From positions 1,930 to 65,929 of the IMG/VR virus record IMGVR_UViG_3300032782_000010: a stretch of 64,000 nt of DNA. One strand, written 5' to 3'. This document shows, one piece after another, positions 18,508-27,871 of the stretch. The notes under the pieces are model-generated. The model made no database searches, had not been told where the DNA came from, and saw nothing but the letters and a program-made list of their open reading frames with translations. The DNA comes from a virus. Its lineage: Duplodnaviria; Caudoviricetes. The stretch's first letter is position 1; each line of letters starts with the position of its first letter. The position numbers were made by a program, and so were the translations under genes.

Positions 18508-20187
18508 ATGGCCAAGAAGAAGCGGATCAGCGCGGTCGTAGGTCGGCTGAAGGGCGAGACGACGATGACGGTGCAGACCGTGATCTTCTCGCCGAAGAGC
18601 GCGTGGACGGTCGACGAGGCGAAGACCTGGCTGACGGATCACGACTTCAAGGCGGGCACGCCGGACGAGACCGAGACGAGCTACCGGTTCCGGCAGCGCG
18701 ACCCGGGCGACTTCAAGCCGTCGAGCTTCAGGACGATCGCGCTCAAGGGGAAGAGGAAGAGCGAAGGCGCGGCGGAGAAGTTCTCTCAGGAAGAGGTCAG
18801 CTACACCACGTTCGCGGCGAACCAGGCTACGAGCTGCGAGCGGTGCGAGCACTTCGATAAGAACAACGCCTGCTCGCTCGTCGAGGGCGTCATCGCGGCG
18901 ACGGGGTGGTGCGAAGAGTTTGAACCGGTCAACAAGGAGGAAAAAGTGAGCAAGGCGATGCTTAAGAAGTTCATTCCCTTCGCCAAGGTCGATGAGAAGA
19001 AGCGTGAGGTCTGGGGCATCGTCACGGCGGAGGTTCCTGACAAGGAAGACGAGGTGTGCGACTACGAGGGATCGAAGCCGTACTACCAGGCTCTCGTCAG
19101 CGAGATGTCGAAGGCGACCGACGGGCGAAACCTCTTCCCGCTGCGAGCGATGCACCAGCTCGACGCCGTGGGCAAGGGGATCGGCATCGAGTTTCGCGAC
19201 GACGAGAAGGCGATCTTCATGGGGTTCAAGGTCGTCGACGACGACGCCTGGAACAAGGTCGTCGAGAACGTCTACACCGGCTTCTCGCAGGGCGGCTCGA
19301 TCGTCGGCGACGTCGTGCCCGACCCGACGTACAAGGGCTGCGTTCGCTACGTCGCGCGCCCGAGCGAGGCGAGCTTGGTCGACAACCCCTGCCTCGGCGT
19401 GGCTCACTTCACGTACGTGAAGGCCGACGGCGCTGTAGAGCTTCGTAAGTTTTCCAACACCAAGGTGGGCGTCGTCGTCTCTCGCGACCAGCTCAACAAG
19501 CTTACGGAGGACGTTCGACTGCTGAAGGCTCAGGTGGGGAAGACGACGATCGCGACCGGGAAGCTAAAGACGGTCGCTGGGGAGACGCTCCCGGCTGCCG
19601 CGTTCGCATACGTCGGAAAGGCGGACGACCCAGCGACGTGGTTTGCACCTCTCGACTTCGAGAACGAGGCTACGGCGAAGTATTACACACGCATGGAGCT
19701 TGTCAGGAAGAGAGAGAAGAGCTTCCTCTTCGACGACAAGCTGGATAAAGACGTTAACGCGATCGCGAAGAAGATCAAAGAACGCGTGGAGGCTAAGGCG
19801 AAGAGCCTCGGTCTCGACCCGGCGGCGGAGCGAAGCCGCTGCGCGTTCGTTCAAGGTTTCGTTCGGAAGCGCGCGAGGGTGGCGGTTAACCGGTACGCGC
19901 GGAGGACGAAGGACGTAGGTCACTCGCTCACGTTTCTGGATGACAATCTCGGGAAGCTCGCCAAGGGGATGTACGACGCCGGGCGGCTCGCGTGCTTCAT
20001 CCAGGAGCTGAGCTACATCCTCTACGGCTCAGTCGCCGAGGAGGAGTGGGAGAAGGACGAGGCTTCGGCGGTCCCGGAGATGCTCGAGGAGAACATCAAC
20101 GGCCTGCTGGACTCTCTGATAGTGATGGTCGGCGAGGAGGCGCAGGAGCTGAGGGACGACCTCTCGGCTCGCGTTCGACCCGCCTGA
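18508..20187 (+). CDS. prohead protease-like protein with N-terminal accessory domains
   Basis: KVDEKKREVWG, LRAMHQ, WNKV...YTGFSQGG, EASLVDNPC; probable internal start at GTG 18946 after AAGGAGG. Confidence 0.8.
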   Translation: MAKKKRISAVVGRLKGETTMTVQTVIFSPKSAWTVDEAKTWLTDHDFKAGTPDETETSYRFRQRDPGDFKPSSFRTIALKGKRKSEGAAEKFSQEEVSYTTFAANQATSCERCEHFDKNNACSLVEGVIAATGWCEEFEPVNKEEKVSKAMLKKFIPFAKVDEKKREVWGIVTAEVPDKEDEVCDYEGSKPYYQALVSEMSKATDGRNLFPLRAMHQLDAVGKGIGIEFRDDEKAIFMGFKVVDDDAWNKVVENVYTGFSQGGSIVGDVVPDPTYKGCVRYVARPSEASLVDNPCLGVAHFTYVKADGAVELRKFSNTKVGVVVSRDQLNKLTEDVRLLKAQVGKTTIATGKLKTVAGETLPAAAFAYVGKADDPATWFAPLDFENEATAKYYTRMELVRKREKSFLFDDKLDKDVNAIAKKIKERVEAKAKSLGLDPAAERSRCAFVQGFVRKRARVAVNRYARRTKDVGHSLTFLDDNLGKLAKGMYDAGRLACFIQELSYILYGSVAEEEWEKDEASAVPEMLEENINGLLDSLIVMVGEEAQELRDDLSARVRPA

Positions 20188-20234
20188 AAAAGCATCTACC
20201 CGGTTGCGGTTGAAAGTATCCAGTCGGAGGTTTT

Positions 20235-20840
20235 ATGAAGAAGTTTGAGACAGTTCTTGATCTGCTGAAAGCGGGCGGGCTTCACGGTCACTTTCAGAAG
20301 GCGGCGGATCACCACGCGGCGATGGCGAAGGCTCACGGTGAGCACGCCGCGTTCGTGAAGGCGAAGGCCGACGCGATGTCGGACGACGACGCGCACAAGG
20401 CCTACTTCGGGAAAGCGGCGGAGTGCCACGCGGCCCTGGAGAAGCTTCACAAGGCTCACGCGGACCACCACGCGGCGATGGCGGACAACACCGACGCCGA
20501 CAAGGCGGACGCTCCGGCGGACGCGACCAAGGCTGCGGGAGCGGGAGACTCGGCGACGATCGCGGCGACCGCGGACATGGGCGGCTTCATGCGTGAGACG
20601 ATGAAGGCGGCGATGGAAGAGCTGAAGAGCGATCCCGGTTTCAAGGAGACGTTCAAGAAGATGATCGCCGACGAGGCGAAGAAGATGCTGAGCGGCACTG
20701 TGATCCCCGATCACGTCAAGAGCGCGGTTGACCCGGCGACGAACCCGAACCTCAAGCTGGTGCCGCGTCCTGGCGGCCCGTCTACTGAGGACGCCGGACC
20801 TAAGGTCCCGCTGCAGCACGCTCACCTCGTCGAGGAGTAA
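20235..20840 (+). CDS. putative scaffold protein (His/Ala-rich)
   Basis: GGAGG RBS; between protease and capsid; repeated HHAAMA. Confidence 0.65.
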   Translation: MKKFETVLDLLKAGGLHGHFQKAADHHAAMAKAHGEHAAFVKAKADAMSDDDAHKAYFGKAAECHAALEKLHKAHADHHAAMADNTDADKADAPADATKAAGAGDSATIAATADMGGFMRETMKAAMEELKSDPGFKETFKKMIADEAKKMLSGTVIPDHVKSAVDPATNPNLKLVPRPGGPSTEDAGPKVPLQHAHLVEE

Positions 20841-20850
20841 AGCTTCTAGC

Positions 20851-20882
20851 TTTCGCTCCCGGTCGAGCGAAACCAATTTTTG
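20851..20882 (+). terminator. hairpin plus T-tract upstream of the capsid gene
   Basis: TTTCGCTC-CCGGTC-GAGCGAAA then CCAATTTTTT. Confidence 0.45.
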
Positions 20883-20906
20883 ATGTCTTGTGGAGACGGA
20901 ACTCTT

Positions 20907-22898
20907 ATGAAGATTAACCAAGAAACTTACGCCCTCGCGAGAAGCTACGCGACGAAGAGTATGAAGAAGATCGTCTCGGACCCGGAGATCGACAAGCTGA
21001 TGTCGAGAGCTTATCCGAAGACGCTCGGCGGCGAGATCGATGCCAAGGACTGGTCCCTCGATCATCCTCTCGTCAAGTCCGTAGGCCGCGTAATCATCAA
21101 GAGGCAGTACGACGAGCTGCAGAAGGCGGGCATCACGACCGCGCTGGGCTTTAACTTCTTCGACCTGCGCGGCCCCGCGTACTTCATCTTCCCGCTGTTA
21201 ACCCCCTTCATCCAGATGATCGCGAAGGCCGGCAAGGTCAACGCGGGCGTCGGCACGGCGGCGAACTGGAAGGCGACTCGCAACCCGAACAGCGGCTACA
21301 CCTACGCTGGTGTCCTGGAAGGCCAGCGCAACCAGATCTCGACCCCGGACGAGGTGAACTACCTCGCGACGTACAAGGAGCTCGGCCAGGAAGGCGCCTC
21401 GACCTTCACCGGGCAGTTCGCGGGCGAAGGCTACACCGACAACATGGCGGACGAGCACTTCCGAAACCTGGCGCGCGTCCGGCTGCACGAGGAGATGTTC
21501 ACCCTCAACGGCAACGCCGGTCCGTCGACGATCAACGCGCTGCCCACCGGCAACCTGGGCTACTCGCTCGGGACCCCGACGACCGCCGGCTCCTTCGGCT
21601 CGCTCGTTCCTACGCCCACCTCGACGCTCGCGACCGGGACCGGTCCGCTCGTCACCGGCTCGAACATCGTCGTGGCGGTGGTAGCCATCACGCCGTTCGG
21701 AATGAACCCCGGAGGCCAGGCTGGCTACGCGAAGCCGCCCTCGGTGGCCAACGGCCTGACCACCAACTACACCCGGACTAACGCCGACGGCTCTCAGACG
21801 AACGTCGCCTGCGGCCTCAGCGCGATCTCGAACGTGCAGGCGCTCGTCACGACGAACGCCACCGCCCAGTTCGTGAACGTCTCCGTCCCCGCCGTAAAAG
21901 GCGCCGTGGCCTACGCGTGGTTCTGGGGAGTAAACGTCGCCGCCGCTCTCGCGAACTGCAAGCTCGGCGCGATCACGTCGGCTCCTAGCTACCAGATCAC
22001 CAACGTCGCGTCCGGAACCCAGCTCGGTAACGCCGCGGGGCTCTCGGTCGACAACAGCTACCAGCCGACCGACTTCGACGGCCTGATGACGTACTGCTTC
22101 ACGCAGGGTCTCGTCACCGACATGAACGGCGGCTCGCTGACTCCTGGCGGCAACGGTCTCGTCAAGGAGATCGAGGCCGACCTCGCTTATATGTGGAACA
22201 ACTTCCAGGCGCAGCCCGACGCGATCTGGGCCTCCGCCGACTCGCGCACCGCTCTCGACCAAGCGATCCTCTCGAGCAGCGGCTCTGGCCCGAACGCCTT
22301 CATCTTCAGCTACGACAAGGCGGGGCAGAATAGTGGCATCACCGGCGGCTACGCGGTGAGCGGCTACAAGTCGAAGTACTCGATCAACCCCGAGGGCGGG
22401 AACGTCATCCCGATTCGCATCCACCCGATGCTGCCCTCCGGCACCCTCTTCTACGACATAAACACCAACCCGTACGCCCACAGCCGGGTTCCGGCCGTGC
22501 GTCAGTTCCTGCTCCAGCGCGACTACTACTCGATCGAGTGGCCCGTCACGACGCGGCAGTGGACCTTCGGCACGTACATTCACGAGGTTCTCGCGCACTA
22601 CATGCCGTGGATCACGGCGGTTCGCACCGGCGTCGGGCCGTTCGTCGCTCCGTGCTGGCTCGCCGCGGCGGTCTACGGAGAAGACTTCGAGACCGGGCCG
22701 CGCGTCGGCCTCGTCCGGCGGTGGCTCGTCGAGGACTGGGAGAAGACCGGTCCGCTTGCGAAGCTGGTCATGGGCCTCTACCGGCGCTACGGCCAGCAGG
22801 CCGCGGCGATCGTCTCGCGCTCGAAGGCGCTCACGGCGCTGGTTCGCCGTGGCTTCGACCGCGTGCTCGCGAAGGCGGAGGCGAAGTACGGGCGCTAG
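20907..22898 (+). CDS. major capsid protein with insertion domain and CFI-box-CTERM-like C-terminal extension
   Basis: Position in head module; KAGITT..GF..FDL..PA, FDGL, IRIHPMLPSG, RDYYSIEWP motifs; extension starts CWLAAAVYG at 22653. Confidence 0.85.
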   Translation: MKINQETYALARSYATKSMKKIVSDPEIDKLMSRAYPKTLGGEIDAKDWSLDHPLVKSVGRVIIKRQYDELQKAGITTALGFNFFDLRGPAYFIFPLLTPFIQMIAKAGKVNAGVGTAANWKATRNPNSGYTYAGVLEGQRNQISTPDEVNYLATYKELGQEGASTFTGQFAGEGYTDNMADEHFRNLARVRLHEEMFTLNGNAGPSTINALPTGNLGYSLGTPTTAGSFGSLVPTPTSTLATGTGPLVTGSNIVVAVVAITPFGMNPGGQAGYAKPPSVANGLTTNYTRTNADGSQTNVACGLSAISNVQALVTTNATAQFVNVSVPAVKGAVAYAWFWGVNVAAALANCKLGAITSAPSYQITNVASGTQLGNAAGLSVDNSYQPTDFDGLMTYCFTQGLVTDMNGGSLTPGGNGLVKEIEADLAYMWNNFQAQPDAIWASADSRTALDQAILSSSGSGPNAFIFSYDKAGQNSGITGGYAVSGYKSKYSINPEGGNVIPIRIHPMLPSGTLFYDINTNPYAHSRVPAVRQFLLQRDYYSIEWPVTTRQWTFGTYIHEVLAHYMPWITAVRTGVGPFVAPCWLAAAVYGEDFETGPRVGLVRRWLVEDWEKTGPLAKLVMGLYRRYGQQAAAIVSRSKALTALVRRGFDRVLAKAEAKYGR

Positions 22899-22994
22899 TG
22901 TAGTCGTCTTCCCACGTCTCGACTGAGACGGTCCTGACGGACGAGGGTCGCGCATTCGGGGAAACGCGAAATTTTTAAGAACGGAGGAGAACTC

Positions 22995-23234
22995 ATGGCT
23001 AAACCAGGAAGCGGCTCTCACGTACCGACGTCCGGTCAGAACACTCAGCTCGCCTCGCTGAAGGCGACGCTGGACACGGCGGCGGCGACGCTGACGTCAG
23101 CTCAGTCCTCGCTCGTCACGGCGCAGAACTCTTACAACGCCGCGCTGAAAGCTTACAAGGACTACCAGCACTACATCAACGGCGGCGGGATAAAGCCGAA
23201 CGTTCTCGACGAAGGGTCTCAGGACGCGCTGTAA
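22995..23234 (+). CDS. small coiled-coil head protein
   Basis: GGAGGAG RBS; follows the capsid gene. Confidence 0.7.
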   Translation: MAKPGSGSHVPTSGQNTQLASLKATLDTAAATLTSAQSSLVTAQNSYNAALKAYKDYQHYINGGGIKPNVLDEGSQDAL

Positions 23235-23263
23235 AAACCAGAAAGGAACCCGGTCACTCTCAG

Positions 23264-24280
23264 ATGAAGATCGCAATATTTTATCCCAAGAACCTCTACG
23301 CATCCTGGTACGCGCTCGGCGGGTATCGCACGACGCTCGAGCGCCTCGGCTACGACGTTACTGACTGCCCGTTTCCGGGAAACCAGGTGGCGAACACCGA
23401 GGAGCTGAAGAAGGTCTACCCGTCTCTCGAGAAGCTCGCCGAGCACGACCTGATCATCAGCTTCTTTCACGAGTACTCTCAGCCCTGGCTCTCGCGGCTC
23501 TACGACCTCGAAGGCTGGCAGCGGCTTATGGAGAAGGTCCCCGTCGTCGCGCGCTTCGACGAGTCGATGGACCGCCGGGACCTCGCGCTGCCGGACCGAG
23601 TGCCGGAGCTCAAGCAGTGGGCAAAGTTCTTCTCGTTCCCTGCGACGCAGGACGCGGCGAAGTACGGCGGCGTGTTTCACCCATTCGGCGCTGATACTAC
23701 CATCTTCAAGCCGAACTATCTTCAGCACCGGCCGAAGAAGTACGACGTTGGTTTCATCGGCTCGCTCTACCCTTCGCGACAGGATTATCTTCGTCGGCTG
23801 ACGGAGCACGTTCCGGTGACGGTGGGGTCGGTCGTGGTTCAGGACCTCGGCGGGATCGTCGAGCGGGCCTCGACGGAGCTCCTTGCCGAGAACTATCGCC
23901 AGATCAAAATCTTCTTCTGCCTGCCGCCGCTCTCGCGCCTGATCGTCTGCAAGGTCTTCGAGATTCTCGCGTGCGGAACGTTCGTCATGTACCCGAAGCT
24001 GCCGTGGGGCGAGCGCGATAACATGAAAATTTTCGAGGACGGCAAGGACCTCGTCTACTACGACCCTGGCTACCTCGGCAAGAACGTCAAGCAGATCGAG
24101 CACTACCTGAAGGACGAGAGCGAACGAGAGACGATCGCCGCCTCGGGCTGCCGAAAGGTTCACGAGAATTACTCGCTCGACTGGCTCTGTGATGAGCTCG
24201 TAAAGATGAAGGACTGGACCGTCGATCATCCTTTGTCGAAGGTCGTTACTTTTAGCAAGGAGCCGGCGATCCCGGCCTGA
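23264..24280 (+). CDS. glycosyltransferase (CgeB/Glyco_trans_1_2-like, GT-B)
   Basis: YDVGFIGSLYPSR, KVFEILACG, FEDGKDLVYY, ERETIAASG. Confidence 0.85.
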   Translation: MKIAIFYPKNLYASWYALGGYRTTLERLGYDVTDCPFPGNQVANTEELKKVYPSLEKLAEHDLIISFFHEYSQPWLSRLYDLEGWQRLMEKVPVVARFDESMDRRDLALPDRVPELKQWAKFFSFPATQDAAKYGGVFHPFGADTTIFKPNYLQHRPKKYDVGFIGSLYPSRQDYLRRLTEHVPVTVGSVVVQDLGGIVERASTELLAENYRQIKIFFCLPPLSRLIVCKVFEILACGTFVMYPKLPWGERDNMKIFEDGKDLVYYDPGYLGKNVKQIEHYLKDESERETIAASGCRKVHENYSLDWLCDELVKMKDWTVDHPLSKVVTFSKEPAIPA

Positions 24281-24291
24281 GGAGAAAGAGA

Positions 24292-24624
24292 ATGCAGAAT
24301 CAAAACATAACGATGACAGGGTCCTCCATCCCCGTCAAGGCGACGTGCCAGTCCGAGGCGTTCGAGTTCTACTGCGCGGCGCACACGTTCACCTTCCAGT
24401 ACGCTATCCGTCTTGATGAGCAGCCGACTCCTCAGCCAGGCGAAGTCGCGAAGACGACGGTCGGCGACGCGTCGAGCGCGGAGGCCTACGCGGCTACGCT
24501 CTTCAAGTTCATCGCCGAGAGCGCGAAGGGTAAGCCGTGGAACGTCGGCGACACGATCGGCTACCTTAACGGGACGAACGCCGACGTGGTCGTCTGCCGG
24601 CCTCGGCGCGCGGGAGGAAACTGA
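24292..24624 (+). CDS. hypothetical protein
   Basis: GAGGAG RBS. Confidence 0.65.
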   Translation: MQNQNITMTGSSIPVKATCQSEAFEFYCAAHTFTFQYAIRLDEQPTPQPGEVAKTTVGDASSAEAYAATLFKFIAESAKGKPWNVGDTIGYLNGTNADVVVCRPRRAGGN

Positions 24625-25184
24625 TGCGGCTCTACGAGAAGCTTCCGACGTGCGAACGATCGTTCAAGCGCTTCGTTCTGCGCGAGGGCCACGGGGTCGA
24701 GCACGAGGTCGGGGCGCTGCTCTACGCCGTCGTGCGCTTGCTCAAGCCGGACGTCTGCTTCGAGTCGGGGCTCTTCATCGGCGACTCGGCGGAGTGGATT
24801 GGGAAGGCGCTCGCCGACAACGGTTACGGGCACCTTCACACCTGCGACGTCGACGCGAACCGGATCGAGCCGGGCCGGATGCGCCTGATGAGCTACCCGG
24901 TGACCGTGCACCACTGCCGCGGCGAGGAGCTGCTCGCGAAGCTGACCGCTGACGGCGCGCAGCTCGACTTCGCCCACGTGGACTCGGGGAGCCAGCAGGA
25001 GCGAAAGGCGGAGCTGCTCTCGCTCGACGAGACGAAGATCACGCCGCTCGGCGTCGTGGCGTTCCACGACGCGTGCATCGGCTACGAGGAGCTCTACCCG
25101 GCGATGGCCGAGGCGCGAACGAACTGGCCGCACCTGGTGTTCCCGTCGCTGATCGGGGTCGCGATATTTCAGAGGCCGGAATGA
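24624..25184 (+). CDS. class I SAM-dependent methyltransferase (Methyltransf_24-like)
   Basis: FESGLFIGDS, LDFAHVDS, GVVAFHD. Confidence 0.8.
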   Translation: MRLYEKLPTCERSFKRFVLREGHGVEHEVGALLYAVVRLLKPDVCFESGLFIGDSAEWIGKALADNGYGHLHTCDVDANRIEPGRMRLMSYPVTVHHCRGEELLAKLTADGAQLDFAHVDSGSQQERKAELLSLDETKITPLGVVAFHDACIGYEELYPAMAEARTNWPHLVFPSLIGVAIFQRPE

Positions 25185-25747
25185 AGTGGCAGATCTTAAC
25201 CCTGACGCAGCCTTCGCGCAAGTGGTACCTCGCGAGGCTCGTGAACACACTCAAGGCTCAGCTGAGAGACCTCTGCGGGGAGGTCGCGCACGTCGTGACG
25301 ATGCACCAGATAGGGAAGACGGTGGGCGAGAGCCGGCAGGCGATGGTCGAGAACGCGGTCGCGGACTACGTCAGCTTCGTAGACGACGATGACCTCGTCT
25401 CGTGGGACTACGTCAGCTCGATCTTTCCGCTGCTCGATGGTCGCGACCTCGTGGGGTTCCAGCTCCAGATGTACGTCGACGGCGTAAAGTTGAAGCCTAC
25501 TTATCACAACCCCGAGCTCTCTTGCTGGAGCGAGGACGAGAAGGCGTACTACCGCGACATCTCTCACCTCAGCCCGATCCGAAGAGAGCTCGCGCGCAGG
25601 GTTAAGTTTGACGGCGGCTTCGGCGAGGACGAGCGCTGGGCGGCCCAGGTGAGGGAGAAGAGCTTGGTGAAGACGTACGGGTATGTCGATAAGGTCCTGT
25701 ACCACTATTACTATCGGTCGGTGAAGAACGACGGGGTGAGAGCGTGA
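25181..25747 (+). CDS. glycosyltransferase family 2 (GT-A)
   Basis: YVSFVDDDD (DxD), GED..WA, LYHYYY. Confidence 0.85.
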   Translation: MKWQILTLTQPSRKWYLARLVNTLKAQLRDLCGEVAHVVTMHQIGKTVGESRQAMVENAVADYVSFVDDDDLVSWDYVSSIFPLLDGRDLVGFQLQMYVDGVKLKPTYHNPELSCWSEDEKAYYRDISHLSPIRRELARRVKFDGGFGEDERWAAQVREKSLVKTYGYVDKVLYHYYYRSVKNDGVRA

Positions 25748-26991
25748 CGAGAATTTCGGTCTGCGGTCTGGGGAAGCTGGGGTCGCCGATCGCGGCGGTC
25801 TTCGCCGTGTCGGACGTCTCGGTGATGGGCTACGACACTGACGTCAGGAAGGTGGAGCTGCTGAGCCGGCGTCGCCCCCCGGTGGACGAGCCGCAGCTCG
25901 CGGAGTATTTAGCTTTACCAGAGGTGAGGAAGAACCTGCGCGCGTCGGCGTTCGTTGCTGACGCGGTTCGCTCCTCGGAGGCGACGCTCTTCGTTACCCC
26001 GACGCCATCACTCGCGGACGGGAGCTTCGACCACACTCTCCTCCTGACGGCGATCTCGACGGTGGCGCGCGAGGTGAGTCACCAGTATCGGAACGACCAC
26101 CTGTTTATCATAAACTCGACTACGGTTCCTGGATTTATGCGAGGGACGGTCGAGCCCACGCTGCGACGTCTTCTTCACCCGCTGTCGTTTCACCTCGCCT
26201 ACAAGCCGGAGTTCATCGCTCTCGGCACGGTGATTCGCGACCTTCACAACCCTGACCTGCTCCTGATAGGAAGCGAGCGCGAGGAGACGCACGAGCGCGT
26301 CGAGAGCCTCTACCGGGAGATGCTGCTTATCGACAGCCCGGCGAAGAGAGTGTCGCTCACCGAGGCCGAGCTCGCGAAGATTTCGCTAAACTGCGCGGTG
26401 ACGATGAAGATCAGCTTCGCGAACCAGGTCGGGCTGGTCGCTCAGAAGCTCGGCGCTGATCCAGCGAAGGTTCTCGACGCGGTCGGCGAGGACAAGAGGG
26501 TGGGACACGGCGCGCTGCGCCCTGGCCTGCCGTTCGGCGGCCCGTGCTTTCCGCGTGACAACCGAATGTTCCAGTACGTGGCCGGTCAGGTAGGAGAGCG
26601 CGCTCCTCTCTCCGAGGCGACCGATACGATGAATCGACGAACGTTACGATTAGTCGCCGACGGTCTTCCTCCTACGGGTGACGTCGGCATCCTGGGACTG
26701 AGCTACAAGCCAGGGACGTCGTTCACCGAGGAGTCTCCGGGCATGTGGTGGCGCCAGGCGCTGCTCAGCCGTGGCCGTCGGGTGAAGACGCACGACGTCG
26801 CCGCGCCGCACACGCACACGGTGGAAGAGGTCCTCGCCTGCCCGATCGTCATCGTGGCGACGGCGTGGGAGGAGTACAAGAGCTTGGCGGTGAGCGAGAG
26901 CACGTTCCTCGTCGATCCGATGGGGGTGCTGAGGCCCGCCGCCGAGATGGTCGCGTTAAGATCCTTACCGGTCGAGGAGGTAGTGCATTGA
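25744..26991 (+). CDS. UDP-glucose/GDP-mannose dehydrogenase family protein
   Basis: GLGKLG Rossmann motif, TPTP, NSTTVPG, PEF, AELAK, KISFAN, GGPCFPRD, GLSYKP. Confidence 0.93.
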   Translation: MTRISVCGLGKLGSPIAAVFAVSDVSVMGYDTDVRKVELLSRRRPPVDEPQLAEYLALPEVRKNLRASAFVADAVRSSEATLFVTPTPSLADGSFDHTLLLTAISTVAREVSHQYRNDHLFIINSTTVPGFMRGTVEPTLRRLLHPLSFHLAYKPEFIALGTVIRDLHNPDLLLIGSEREETHERVESLYREMLLIDSPAKRVSLTEAELAKISLNCAVTMKISFANQVGLVAQKLGADPAKVLDAVGEDKRVGHGALRPGLPFGGPCFPRDNRMFQYVAGQVGERAPLSEATDTMNRRTLRLVADGLPPTGDVGILGLSYKPGTSFTEESPGMWWRQALLSRGRRVKTHDVAAPHTHTVEEVLACPIVIVATAWEEYKSLAVSESTFLVDPMGVLRPAAEMVALRSLPVEEVVH

Positions 26992-27770
26992 GCATCAAGG
27001 GAAAGAGCTTGGCGGTGCTGACTCCGATGTACGGCGGCACCTGCATGAATAACTACTTCAGCTCCATGATGGTGCTGAAGGAGGGAGTGCTGCGCTTCGG
27101 TATTCCGCACTCGTTCCTGTCGGTCTACAACGAGTCGCTTATCACCCGCGCGCGGAACCGACTCGCGGACTCGTTCTTGAAGGAGCACGAGCACACCCAC
27201 GCGGCGTTCATCGACTCGGACATCGGCTTCGACCCGCGAGACCTGCTCGCGATCTTGGAGATGGACCTCGACATCGTCGGGCTTCCGTGCTCGAAGAAGA
27301 CGATCAGGTGGGACAAGGTCCAGCGCGCCGTGCGGCGCGATCCCCAGCGGGAGCTGACGCCCGAGCAGATGTCGCACATCGGCAGCGAGTGCGTCTTCAA
27401 CTTCGCGCCGAGGGTCGGGGAGTGGCAGATCAACCTGGGCGAGCCCCAGGAGGTCGAGACCTGCGGCACCGGCATCTTGGTAGTTCGCCGCGAGGTGTTT
27501 CTCAAGTTCATGGAGAGCTTCCCCGAGAGGTGGTACGAGGGTCGCGGGGACGTCGCGGCGCTGCCCGGCCCGATTCACGACTTCTTTCGCGCTGGCGTCA
27601 ACCCGGACACGCACGACTACGACTCGGAGGACTACTGGTTCTGCAAGGAGGCTCGGTCGCTGGGCTTCAAGGTGTGGGTCTGCCCGTGGGCGAAGACGTC
27701 TCACATGGGCAGCTACGTCTACCACGCGAACCTGCCGGCGACGGCGTCGCTGGTAGGCAGCTTGACGTGA
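26988..27770 (+). CDS. GT-A fold glycosyltransferase-like phage protein
   Basis: TPMYGG, ESLITRARN, FIDSDI, GTG, SEDYWFC; TTG start after GAGGAGG. Confidence 0.8.
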   Translation: MSIKGKSLAVLTPMYGGTCMNNYFSSMMVLKEGVLRFGIPHSFLSVYNESLITRARNRLADSFLKEHEHTHAAFIDSDIGFDPRDLLAILEMDLDIVGLPCSKKTIRWDKVQRAVRRDPQRELTPEQMSHIGSECVFNFAPRVGEWQINLGEPQEVETCGTGILVVRREVFLKFMESFPERWYEGRGDVAALPGPIHDFFRAGVNPDTHDYDSEDYWFCKEARSLGFKVWVCPWAKTSHMGSYVYHANLPATASLVGSLT

Positions 27771-27871
27771 CCTTTAGGCGAGCCCTTCCGACCGGGTGGG
27801 GTTCGCCGGAGAACGTGGTGGTGAAGTCAGGGGCCCAGCTTCACCACCGCGATTAGGAAAAGGAAGACGAG

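Noticed and set aside
21198-23021. Long antisense ORFs here and elsewhere (e.g. 35977-37821, 2884-4113)
   Set aside because: Typical antisense shadows of GC-rich genes with recognisable + strand products
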